64,000 bases of DNA from Chrysomallon squamiferum (lineage: Eukaryota; Animalia; Mollusca). Below are positions 42,099 through 55,000 of this stretch, piece by piece. The notes below the pieces were generated by a model. It searched no databases and was not told the origin of the DNA. It worked only from the letters and a program-made list of their open reading frames with translations. The stretch's first letter is position 1; every line of letters begins with the position of its first letter. Location: NCBI GenBank assembly GCA_012295275.1, contig CM022677.1, forward strand, positions 806,001-870,000, given 5' to 3'. The translations under genes and the position numbers were made by a program.

Positions 42099-42460
42099 TC
42101 CTTACCGCTAATGATCGGCTACATTCAAAGTTGTGTGAGTCAGCTGTGTTGTGTTTAGATTCGTTACAATAAAGTACTAAATAAAAACTGATTGATTGTT
42201 TAACTAAAAATATTTGTGTTATGTATTAACCATCACAACCTAAAGAAATAGAGGGAACTTTATTTATGACATTTCTCGTCTCAGATTTTTAAAGTAGTTG
42301 ATAACATAAATTCTAAAACTTCACTTTGTGGACATATCTTTATTAATAATAGCTGTCCTAGTTAATTAATTAATTGACTGATTGATTATTTCTTTCTTTC
42401 TTTCTTTATTTTTATTGGTTTATTCATTCATTTATTTATTTAGTTAATTATTTATTTCAG

Positions 42461-43387
42461 CTCAAAAGGGAGATCACATGTCACTTCTGAGTTCTGTTTC
42501 TGAGAGTCTCAAAACCTTTAAAGAAGCTCTTCAGACAGAGATGGATGACATGATTGAGCAACTTCGCCAAGCCGTCGACATCAACGTCGTGGACACTACA
42601 GAAGAGGTCACAAGGATTGGCAACACACTAATCACAGATTTTACTGCCGCAGTCCAGGTTAATAAGAGAAATAGAAAAATCTCAGAACTTTATAAACTCA
42701 GAAATAGACAAATTATTCAATGAACACAAACATCTGATTGAGGAAAACGAAAAAATGATAAAATTGGGGGAAGATTTGCTGAAAAGAAAGTCAGAGTCAG
42801 ATGTAAAAAGTAACATTTTAAAATTCACCAAACTTCAAAACACAACTTCCGAGTTTCTGTCCAAATCTCGTTCCCAAACAGAAGAAGCAAAGTTTAAAAT
42901 AAATCTGATAAAATCTGACAAAAAGGCAGAAATGTCAGTCCACATTGGAGAAATATCCACAAACATCCAAACAGACACACAGATAGACAGACAGACAGAC
43001 ACACTCAAACACACAGGCACAACTGACACAAAAACACACAGATAGAGAGTCTAACAGACACACTCAAACACATAGACACCATTAACATAAAAACACAAGA
43101 AGATAAACAAAATTCTTTTCCGGTTTTCATGCTGGTGTCAGGTGCAGACAAAAGTAAAATTGTTGTCAGTGATTGTTTCAATGTCTGTGTAAAATGTTTT
43201 TGTTTAGAAAGAAAATCACTGATAAAAAGATACAAAACTTCCTCTAGACCATGCGGTCTTGCTGAATCACGTGATCAGCGGGGTGATGTTGTTGTTGTTG
43301 TTGCTGTGCCAAGTAAATATAAAATATTGGTTTTAAATTTGGAAAACTTCAAACTGGTAAAAACAGTTAAAACTGTTAAAGGCTATG

Positions 43388-43390
<3 letters not shown>
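42461..43390 (+). pseudogene. TRIM/B-box-family-like exon (coiled coil plus start of an NHL-like propeller), disrupted
   Basis: Acceptor tttcag, heptad-rich coil, then IVVSDCFNVCVKCF, PCGLA and VVVAVP. In-frame TGA at 42721 and a frameshift; ends at a (CT)n tract. Confidence 0.55.
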
Positions 43391-43461
<71 letters not shown>

Positions 43462-44114
43462 TGTAAACTGTTCTGTTATTTTGTAGTTTATTTCAAGAAA
43501 GTGTAATTAAAAAAATATATATATATATATACATCCAGTGTAATCAAAATAAAACTGAAATAAAACATTTATATGATAAAAATAAAATTCTTCTGTCATT
43601 ATTTTATTTAAATTTTAAAACTATTTTACATTGTTTCTTTATTCACCTATATATCTATATGTGTAAAATGTAATTAATATCTGTAGTACTCTTATTATAA
43701 ATTTATTATTAACAGCTAATATAAATTATTGTTGTTGTTTTTTTTGGATGAGGGTTCCAAGTGTACTCAACTATTCTACTTCATATTTTCTTTTTGTTTT
43801 GCCTGACGTAATTTTTATAATTTTCTCTTCAGACATGGAAAAGAAGAAAAGGTCTCTCTCTCTCTGACACACACACACATGCACACACACACACTCACAC
43901 CATCAAAAATAAAATAGGAGAAACAATCGCACGAACGAAAAATGCAAATAAAAATAAAAAACATAAAAAATAACGATGTTTTGAAAACACGACTAAATAT
44001 GAAACTGTATACTGGAGATCTACAGACACGTGTTTTACATCCGGGGGTTAGGGTTCGTGCTTCCTCTTTATTTACTCAGTACGTTCAAGTTAGTTTCTGA
44101 GCGGGCGCATCACC

Positions 44115-44530
44115 TATTAAAATATATTATTTTAATTTCTATTAATGACGCCGTCATTGTCGTCGTACCAGCGTTGTTCTGAACGTTTTGGTGTTCTTGT
44201 CATTATTTTACGCGTTTTAAAATCTGTTATTCTTACCATCATATATTGGAATATATTGTTACTATTTGCCGTCGTAATGGTGTTGTTCTTAACGTTCTCG
44301 ATTTAATTTTCATTATTCTTTTACGCTTTTTATTCGCTGTTATTCTTACTTTCTGACCATGCGAGTCCTGTATTAAAATATGTTATTATTGTATCTGTTA
44401 ATGTCGCCGTCGTTGCCGTCGTAAGGGTTTGTTCTTAACTTCTTAGTGTCCGCATCCGATTAAAATGTATTATTAGTTTTTATTAATATCGCGTTGTTGT
44501 CGTCATAACGGTGTTGTTTCTAACGTTATT
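44115..44530. repeat. About four diverged ~90-130-bp tandem repeats
   Basis: Recurring TATTAAAATAT...GYCGTCGTAA...GTTGTTCTTAACGTT core; duplicated near 61465-61880. Confidence 0.55.
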
Positions 44531-45147
44531 ACTTACTTAGTTATTCATTTAATTATATATTTGTTTTTGCATGCTTAGAGGAAAATAATGCAATAATCCT
44601 ATTCCAATCAATCTTACTGGTCTTATAGAAGTGTTATTATTTACTTCTCTCTTTGTTAAACATAGATAATAACTTCTAGACAGGTATATACTATTTCAAC
44701 CTATTAATAAATATTATGTTGTGCTTCTAGGACTAATGTTAAATTACTGCTTCAAAACTGTCTTATTTCTATATTTAAAAATCTATCTGAAAAATGAAAG
44801 AAGCATGAAATTTCACTAGTGTTCATTAAAATAGTTAGTCTTTTCAAAAAATCACAAAAACATTATTAAAAATATGGAGAAATATTTCTATGCACAGTGA
44901 CAGCAATGACAGACTTCCACTGGAATTGTCTCATTTATCTATGAGAAAGGTTTTTATTTTTACTATATGAATCAAACAAAAATGTCAACATGAAAACATT
45001 AATGAAATATACATATTTATATAATCTGTTCATTCTTTGAGCCTTTGAATGAAAGTAAAATATCTCATTCAGCTGTCTCTCTCATTCACTTAGCTGTCTT
45101 TATAACTTGTCTCTGTCTCATTTGTATCAGCAATACTGTAACTGAAC

Positions 45148-45347
45148 NNNNNNNNNNNNNNNNNNNNNNNNNNNNNNNNNNNNNNNNNNNNNNNNNNNNN
45201 NNNNNNNNNNNNNNNNNNNNNNNNNNNNNNNNNNNNNNNNNNNNNNNNNNNNNNNNNNNNNNNNNNNNNNNNNNNNNNNNNNNNNNNNNNNNNNNNNNNN
45301 NNNNNNNNNNNNNNNNNNNNNNNNNNNNNNNNNNNNNNNNNNNNNNN
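45148..45347. other. Assembly gap (200 N)
   Basis: Run of N. Confidence 1.
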
Positions 45348-46198
45348 CAAACTGAAAGTCAGTGCACAGTCCCCTGAAGACACTCTGTCATGCAAGATAG
45401 ATTTTTTTGGACATATACTTTTGCAAGAACCAACTCTTGAGATGCTCCAAGCAGCACCTAAAGACATCTCCCTGTTTGCGAACATGATGACGAGTTGTTT
45501 GTATGCAACAGTTGTTGTCCTTGAACGGCAGTACAACAGATACTTCCACTACGATCTCACTGAGAGACTGAGGGATGAGACAAGGTCGGCCAGATGTCAT
45601 AACATTGATGCAGAAGAGATCATGGGGATGTTTAGTTCCTTACAGAAGAAATCCCCAAATGCTAGTCTCTGCTACATCTCATGTAAAATGAGGACCATCA
45701 AAAACAGGACAGTGGATTATCTTGATGCCCTAGACACGGAGACAAGAGATCATATTATTAAAACGGCGAACCACATGGGCCAACAACACAGACAGGACAG
45801 GCGTACCAAGCAGAAAAATCTGAGGAAAGAACAAAACAGGAGACAAGTACAGAAGCTGCAGGCAAAGGAGACCACAGAGAGGAACAGATTGGAGAGAAGA
45901 TTGAAAAGTGTAGACATCGACAGACTCTGTTGAATTCTCGGATCTCTCAGAGTATAAATTGGAAAAGATAAGTGAACTTTTATCAGGGAATTCAGTGGGT
46001 AGCATGATTTGCCATACGTGGATTGATGATGGAGAAAGAGCAATACACAATGGAAAGATAGAGAAGATTACATGCAAAGGTAAGAAATATGTTGTAGCCT
46101 ACTGGGGAGTAAATGAATCGTATGCAGATGCAGTAGACCACTGTATGAACATCCATGCTCTAGCTGCAGATCTCATTGAGGATGATCTAACTATATAA
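45348..46198 (+). mobile_element. Putative DNA-transposase C-terminal part
   Basis: HNIDAEEIMGMF resembles the NxxxExxxG helix that carries the third acidic residue of DDE transposases, followed by a basic coiled coil. One frameshift near 45930. Downstream repeated motifs (GTTTTCTAC...CCGAAAT) look subterminal. Confidence 0.4.
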
Positions 46199-47812
46199 TA
46201 TTTAATTTTGAATTCTAGTAGATTTTATGTACAGTTAGAAAGGTCAATTTATCGAATATTTCAAATATCATTTTTAATAAAATATTGTGTATACATGTGT
46301 GCTTGCGTTTTAATTTTAAAATGTGCTAGAAAGATCTGGCGCTGTTGAAAATGATTATATTTCTATGTTTTTTTTATATTTTTAATAACTTATTGGTTGA
46401 ATGTTTTTCCTTCTGGAATGTTCTTATTTTCAGCGAGTACATTATAGTACGTTTTCTACCCTACCGAAATTGCCGTATGTACAACTAGAATGGTGTGTCG
46501 CTTTTAATATGTTTTTAATAACTTGTTTGCTGTATGTTTTTCTTGAATGTTCTTATTTTCAGCGTGTACATTATAGCACGTGCTTAGCGAAATCGCCGTT
46601 AATTTACGTTTTCTACAGACCGAAATCACGTTGATTTTATTTACAATCGCCGTAAATTGTTTCCTACCTAGTCATGTGCAACTACAAATAACTGGTGCTA
46701 TTTGAAATGATTATATTTCTATAATCTATGTTGATTATATTTTTAATAGCTTGTAGGATGCATGTTTTGTTGGATGTTGTGACTTTTACTAAATATAATA
46801 TGTATTCGTTCTGAAATAAACGAATTAATATTGTTTTGCCGATTACTAGCATTTGATGTTAACTGTAATCCTCTGCAATACATAAACTCGTATAATCCTT
46901 GGAGTCGACTCCAGAAAGGTGTTGCCGGTCTTAATTAGGAACAATACAATGTGTATGTAATCATGACAATTAAAGACACAGATATGGTAACTGTCATTTG
47001 AAGCAGACAAATAATTTTCTTGGCTTTGTGTTTGTACTTCCTGTGATTTGACAGCAAACAAAAGATACCTATCAGTGTATCACGTGACCATCGCTGATGT
47101 TTTCTCTGATGGAGCAAATCAACACTTGAAGCAAAAATAGCCTAAGTTTAAAAACTGAACACTTTATGATTTATCAGTTTATGATTTATCAGTTTATGGT
47201 TTTACGATTAAAAAAAAAAGTTGTACATTTCTTATTTAATATTCTATGAATACCTCTGGTACTTAGATTCACAGAATACATTCATTGTACTGTTCTGTAG
47301 TACAGTTTGTTATGCTTATGATTTTTAATTCGCCATTTATCGCAAGAATTTTAAAAGCAAAACACGAAGTTAGTTTATTTCTGATCGTATTCATATTGTA
47401 ATGTATATACTTTAGAAATATGAACATAATTTCTATCATTTTAAATAGGAGCAGATCTTTTATATGTTTGTTACTTTTATTTCTCGCTTTCTTCCTTTCC
47501 TTTTTTTTTTTCTTTTTCTTAATTTATTTTAAGGCAAGCAATATACATTTGTGGACATAACTTTTGTTATAAATTCATACGCCATTGGTATTGATAGCAA
47601 AAACATGTACGTTGTTAGAAATATCGAACTTTGACGTTTGGGAGAATTTCTAAAACTATTTATGTTTAATGTTACGGGTAGGAAAGAACATGCTGCAACT
47701 GTTTTGTCTTCAGTGCTGAAAGACTTGTGTGATTAGTACATAACTGATCACAGTTTGTTTTTGTTTCATTAATACAGTTGTCACGATGGTTCTCATTATT
47801 TGAATATTTCAG

Positions 47813-48028
47813 GCTGTTGGTGAGTGGGCAGCGACTCTGGACGGCATGTTGCTGTTGAACAGAGCGGCTGGACTAGTCGATCGCGCGCTGTCGTGTGGTT
47901 ACACGGGTCTAGTCATGTTACATGGTCTGTTAGAAACTGCCGGGCTGTCGTCATGGTTACCAAACGTTTTAGCAAACTATCACCCAAGTTACTACGGTAT
48001 GATGGTAGCATCATTAGTTCAGAGATGA
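47813..48028 (+). pseudogene. LigB/MEMO-like isolated exon 4
   Basis: cag|GCTGTTGGTGAGTGG...CAGAGATGA. Upstream homology to the other copies stops at about 47630. Confidence 0.85.
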
Positions 48029-49057
48029 AAAGAAGAATGAACAAAACATTTCGTATGGAAATGAAGAAAAATTATACAACAACAACAACCACAACAACAA
48101 CAATAATTATAATAATGATGATGATGATGATGATAATGACCCTAAAAATAAATAATAACAAGAATAACAATGGATATTTAGCTGGGAAGCCGTTGTCTTT
48201 TTTTCGTTACAGACTTCAGTTCCATTTTACATGTGCAGCGATCACACTTCTGTACTTGTATACTTCTTTTAACACAACTTGCCTTTGATTTCGTCACTGA
48301 CTGTGTCTGTAGACGTGTAGGCCTGGTCAGCTTTGATGCAGTCCTATCACACTTACAGGTAATACAGTGTTTCGGATGCAGCGTTATCTACAACATGTTA
48401 TTACAGCTTCGATGATGCTGAATTACGAAAGAAAAATGTGAGGCGCGGCCGCTGAAAAGGAGCTAAAGTAATACGCCATTATTACCTCAGACTTTCTCAC
48501 TTACAAATCAACTTTTAATAATGATGATAATAATAATAATAATAATGATGATGATGATGATGATGATAATAATAATAATGATAATGATGATGTTGGTAAT
48601 AATAAACTTTGATGTTACTCCAAAGCAACCAGGTAGCCTTCTATAAATCTGTTTTAAAGAACGTTTTTCTAAAACAATGTATTGATACAAACTACTGTGA
48701 TGATCGCTTAACATTTCATGTACACGCCCTTTGCCCATAAAAATAACAAGAAAATAACGGTAATAATGATGCTGCAGCTGCTGCTGCTGATGATGATGAG
48801 GATGACAATGATAAACAAATACATAAAAGAAGAATAAAGAAAAACATCCTCAACAAAAAATTAACTATTGGGACAATTCAGAAAACCAACTCTTATAAAT
48901 CAACAGGGCGATAATATAGATTTTTAATTCTTATCGATTATCGTCATACAAATAAATTACTATTTCCTTCAGATGTTTTGTTGCTCTTTAAGGAAAAACA
49001 CAGAAGGGCAGGTTAACTCTAGAGTCATATGATTTAAGAACGAAATAGAAAGTCGAG

Positions 49058-52000
49058 ATGTGTTTTGCAATTGTGATTGTGTTTTTCACATCACTTGATT
49101 TATCTTTCTCCAAACTACTGGCCGGGTTCGTTCTGCCGCACGGCGGAATTGCTCTGGGTCCGAAACATTTCAATACAACCAACCACACAGCAAAACAAGA
49201 AGCGTGGAAAATTCACGAAGCCTGCAAAACTGTCGGTCAGACGATTCTGTCTTTATCGCCCGATATACTTTTTCTGAGCACGCCCCATGGTATTTCTGAC
49301 TTAACTAACTTTGTGTTCTATTTAAATCCCACAGGAGAAGGCTTTGCAGATACTGGTTATTGCAACTGTCCTCCTTGTTGTTATAAAGTAACCGCTAATC
49401 TTTCTAGCCAACTTTCGGAAGACATCGTAAATAAATTTGGCTCTGCTCGGAATATTTCGGGATTAAGCGGTTATGGTCCACCAGGTAAAAGAGATGAAGC
49501 ATTTCCATTGAGGTGAGAAAAATCTAAAAATGAGCATAAACACTTCTTTTTTAAATTAGCATAGACAAATAATACTGACAGCAAGAAAACATTATCGTAT
49601 AAAAATATAGTTATTGATACTGTAATTTCTATTATCGATTAATGCAACTTCTCACAAAAGACTGAGGACCCACAGTATGTCGTTTTCGAAACGTACAGTA
49701 CATAAAAATTATATATTTATTTGCAATCCTATTGAGAATATATTATATAGAAATGTTTCTACCTATTTTATCCCAAAACTGACATTATTTATAAATACTC
49801 TTGTAAAGTAGAGTCATACATTTTTTTCTTTTAAATTTCATTTTCTTGTATTCATTTCGTTACATATTTATTTATTTATTTATTTATTTATTTATGTATT
49901 TATTTGGCACAGATTAAGATGGGGAGAAGTGATACCACTTCATTTGATACCAGATCTGGAAAACACAAAAGTTGTAATTCTCTCGCAGCCCAGCAGACGA
50001 TATACACATGATGTTGTCATGATACCAGAACTTCTCCATTTAGGTATTTCACTGTTTGTCTGTGTGTCTGTAAAAATTACAAACGATTTGTAAACATTAG
50101 TTTATTGGTTACGTAAACAGCAGTCGTCGCAGATTTGAGCTTCCTTTTAATTTTTTTTTTATTCTAATCAATATTTTATAACACCTTTTGGACACGTAAT
50201 GCATTATCGAAGCGAGTTAAATCGAAGAAACAAACAACAACACAGACAATAAATAATAATAAGGAACAAATAAAAATAAATAAATAATTAAAAATAAAAA
50301 TCTGGAATGACATCATTTTATAGGAAGATGTTATTAGAAGGTATTTTCTTGAAGAGATAAAGTAGATGGTTATTAATAATAAAAAGTATTTATGTGCTGG
50401 CATGTTTTTACGGACGAGTGTGGTAAGCAATTGTCTATTCTTGTTTTGATACGGAGTAATGTGCAATTAACCTGTGTCAGTAACATTAATTGTTTTAATT
50501 TAAGGTTTTATTATTGTATTATTATCAAGTCACCTGTATATCATAATTAAATAATTAATGTAAACCTTAACTTGTATACAATATAGTGGATAGGTAGACT
50601 TACTGATTTATATAGTTTGCTGTCAATTTAGCGTTTATACTCCTTGTTAGGTGGCCATTAAAGCACCTTGTTACCGTACACTGAGCCTTAATAAAACATC
50701 CAAGGTGTTTAAAGGTGTGAGCCACGTGACAGTCGTCTCTTTATAACACTCCACAGTGAACCATCATAACACATTTGTGAACAGCAGTATTTAAACATAC
50801 TCTAATTCAACGTTTCCGTGATCGAACGTCATTTTTCGTTAGAGACGGCAAGCATTTTGATTACTCTCGTTTCATTCTCGGATCATTCTCGTTTCACTTG
50901 TTCACTTGTTTTGCTTGGGATTGCGAGGGCTTGTAGTTTCATTCTATTGTGCAGTTATCAGGAATACTTGCTCACTTTTTTGTACTCGTACTTTCGTATT
51001 TGGGATTACTGGATCGGTTATTTTTGTACCTTGTAAACGCGATCGACGGAATCGAAAACCAACCAATCGCCTAATAGATATTTGCTGATATACCATTGGC
51101 GAACAACGAACCAACAATCAACCAATCGTCTTCGAGAGCTCTGCGGACACATTCCAAACGATCGCTTAACAGCAACCTGTCGACGGAATCGAGAACCGAC
51201 CAATCATCCTCGAGAAACACTGCAGCCAATAAGAATCCACACTCCCAACAGCAACCAGACGACGGAATCGGACAGCGGCCAGTCGCCTTTGAGCTCTTCG
51301 CCTGCACCAAGTTTGAACACTTTTTAATACGGAGGATTAGCTGGTTACCTTTTGCATTCTTCGCACTTAGGATTACATTTTCAGTTTCGAACTTCGAACA
51401 CTGAACAACAACCGACATCAAAATTGGTAAGAAACGGAATACTATCCTCCTCCCAATATGAAATTTTAAACTCCCTCTTGTTACATCTCTATTTTTCAAC
51501 CTCAAACCCTCTCCCCCAGTGTCTTTGTTAATACTCCAACTCTGCATTAATTGTATATATATGATCGTTACATAAATGTTATAACGATTTCCAATTGTTA
51601 CTGTCAAAAATAAATCTAAATAAATAACCTTTTTTAATGTTCTCTTTCGATAGTGTCAGATACAAAAGGAATACGATACTTAAATAATTTGTAATTATAT
51701 ATATATATATTATTGTTGAAATTTTAACTGTATACGTAAGTAATTTCCTAATTATATTAAGAATAAAAACAAGAAATTTAATTTATATTAAAGTAATTAT
51801 AAAATTTTAACTGTAGTAAATAAGTAATCTCCTAATTATATTAAAAATAAAAACAAGCAATCTAACTTATATTAAACTAACTATAAAATGGTCGAGACAA
51901 CCAAACACGTCGGCACATCTAATACAGAAAAGTAGGTAACATCAATAGACATGCAGAACGAGGCTCCCCCAAAAAACTATGCGAAACAGAAAGGGAACTA

Positions 52001-55000
52001 CCAGACTTCTGCTCTCTCGGCTTCCCAGACGACAACGGAAACACATCTGACAGCTCATTAAACGACATCATCTACGTGGGACTGGTACAGACGAAACCCG
52101 ACGGCTCTCCCTGCCCATCTCCCCCAGAACAGCTACCAGGTAGCACAGCAAACCGATTTTCTACCCTGGACATGCTTAACATCGCTGTCCCCCAACAGGG
52201 CTCCCACAAATCCCTCAAACTGTCCGCCAGTCCCCCTAGTCCCGCTAAGTCACCAATCCCCGGGCTGAGGCGGGTATTGTTTAACAAAAAAAACCCCGAC
52301 TCTGTACGAAGCCATTTTCTTCCAACAGTCCGTCTCGCGACTGTTGGACGACACATTATTCCACACCCGGCTGTCTGATGAGATCACCTTCATCAGGGCC
52401 GAGTCGGACAGCTCACTCATCAAACTGGGTACGAAAATGGAACTGATGCCAAACCCCATAGAGTGTCAAAATGTGTGTGTCACACTAGAGAGGTGTACAG
52501 AGGAACCTCGAGAGAGGAGGGAACCCACCCACGTAAAAACCCTATACCCCTATACCCCCATCGAACTTGGTTACTCGCAAGACCAAAAAATAGTCAAGCC
52601 ATCCATAAACAAATGGACAAAACGGTGGCATACGGCACCTGGGGGGACTACACCTTCACTGCAGAACCCCTAACCCAGGTAAACACCAAACAACAAAAAA
52701 AAGAAAAAAAAGAAACAGAAACAACAAAACAAACACCAAACAAAAACGACTTTTTAACAGTAGCAACCAACACAAATCCGACAACACCCAAACAAAAATA
52801 CAAACATCGTCATAATAACCCCACAAAACAAAATATGCTGACGATGATGACAATGAGAAACAAATACATAAAAGAAGAAGAAACAAAAACAACATCAACA
52901 AAAAATTAACTATTGGGACAATTCAGAAAACCAACTCTTATAAATTAACAAGGCGATAATATAGATTTTTAATTCCTATCGATTATCACTATACAAATAA
53001 ATTACTATTTCCTTCAGATGTATTGTTGCTCTTTAAGGAAAAACACAGTCCTCCTTGTTGTTATAAAGACCACTTATTAAAATTTTGCTTTAAAGTATGT
53101 TATAATTATTTTATTTTATTGTTCACTTAGGAAATAATCTTTAATTTTTAAAGAGAGTAAATCGACGCTCGATACATGGATCGATAGATCACAACATTAC
53201 ATCATTTCCAGTGCAAATGGGGAAGACCCTGTACAAAAATAACTGTCCAATCAAAATATTAGATTTGATCGGTGACATTCGGACTTTTCAAATACCTATA
53301 AATAACATTAACATAATAATATGTTATTCTGCTAACCATCAACGATTTACTAAACCACTAATACTAAACCACTAAACCACTAAACCACTAATTAATTCAA
53401 AACTCTCTTTTCTTAGCAATCCCACAACTAATAATACTAAATCAAACAGCACCTGTATACATTCTTGCCTGCGTCTATTTTTAGATGACGCTGCAATCGG
53501 TAGCTCCGCCCACTTGGCTGAATTCTTGTAACAACTCGCCACTTGTAGACAACATCTGGTAGATAAACAGCTCAAGTTTAAATGTTAGTCACTGAAACTT
53601 CATAACAGAATAGTTACAAACAAAACATTGTTGTTACAGTAAATGCACAAGTGATTAAAACCCGAGAAAACACCGATATGTTTTATCGGTTTCGGTAAAG
53701 GATTTCCCAAACATGCACAAGATGGAGAAAAATGTCAGCGCTGAGAACAGAACTGTGGATGTAAACAAGTTCAGTATTGACAATGGTACGAAGAATGTTT
53801 ATATCATCTCAAGTGTGGAGCTCAGGTAGATCTACGTGTTTTCTTTATAATAAAAGTAACGGGTGTGTCCGGGATTACGTTTTGACGTATTTGATCCTGC
53901 TCAGTTTTGAACAAACATACATATACCTTCCCCTCAAATGGAAGCATGCTGAAGTCTTCAGCCTTCCAAAACAGGGTAAGGACCTTTCCAAACCCCCCAA
54001 CTATCGTCCTATCTCACTAACGTCCTGTGTCTGCAAAACCATGGAGGTCAACACACGCTTAACACACCTTCTGGAAAAAAAACTAATTTCGACCTTTCAA
54101 AGTGGCTTCAGAAAGAACCACTCCACAAGCGACCACATAACCAGATTACAATCTGAAATCTCCGAATCTTTGTTTACTGGACAAAAAGTGGTATGAGTGT
54201 TTGTTGACATAGAAGAAGCCTATGATATGGTCTGGAGACATGGTCTTCTAATCAAAGTCTACAACATGGGCATAAGAGGCCCTATGTTCGGCTTTATAGA
54301 AGCATTCTTGAAAAACAGATCCTTTACGGTCAATGTAGACGAAAACTTCTCAGACAGCTTGGATTTGGAGAATGGGATCCCCCAGGGTTCAGTTATCGCC
54401 CCTACTCTTTTTAGCATTTTTATTAATGACCTAGCACATACTCTAGCCACTAACTCGAAAACTGCAACTAAGCTTAGTATAGGACTATTTGCGGATGATA
54501 CAGCCTTTTGGAGTGCTGGAAACTGTTTTAAACAAATCAAAACAGAAATGCAAAAAGACTTAAATAACTTACAAAAATGGGCGGAAACCTGGGGAGTCAC
54601 TATCTCCCAAACCAAGACTGTCACCATAACCTTTGGGAGAAAAGCTAACACTAAACACAATAAAATAGACCTACATTACAACAACACAAAAATCCCACAC
54701 GTAACGCAGTCAAATTCATGGGAGTGACCTTCGACAGGTGCCTTACCTTCAAACAACACATCACCGATACACTCAACACATGCACAAAATACATGAACTT
54801 ACTGAAAGTGCTTTCGAACGCCAAATGGGGAGCTGACAGAAAATCTCTCTTGATGGTGTTCGAAGCACTAGTAGTGTGAAGACTCCAGTATGGGTCCCAG
54901 GCGTTCAGCGTGTGTCTGAATACCAACTAAACCGACTAGACACGGTATACAACAAGGCACTAAGAACTGTTGCCAGGGTCTTCCCAGGCACACGACGGAC

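Noticed and set aside
42721-42723. Shared TGA as a possible selenocysteine or readthrough codon
   Set aside because: It lies in a coiled coil, no SECIS was recognised, one copy has an additional frameshift, and the shared stop is explained by recent duplication.
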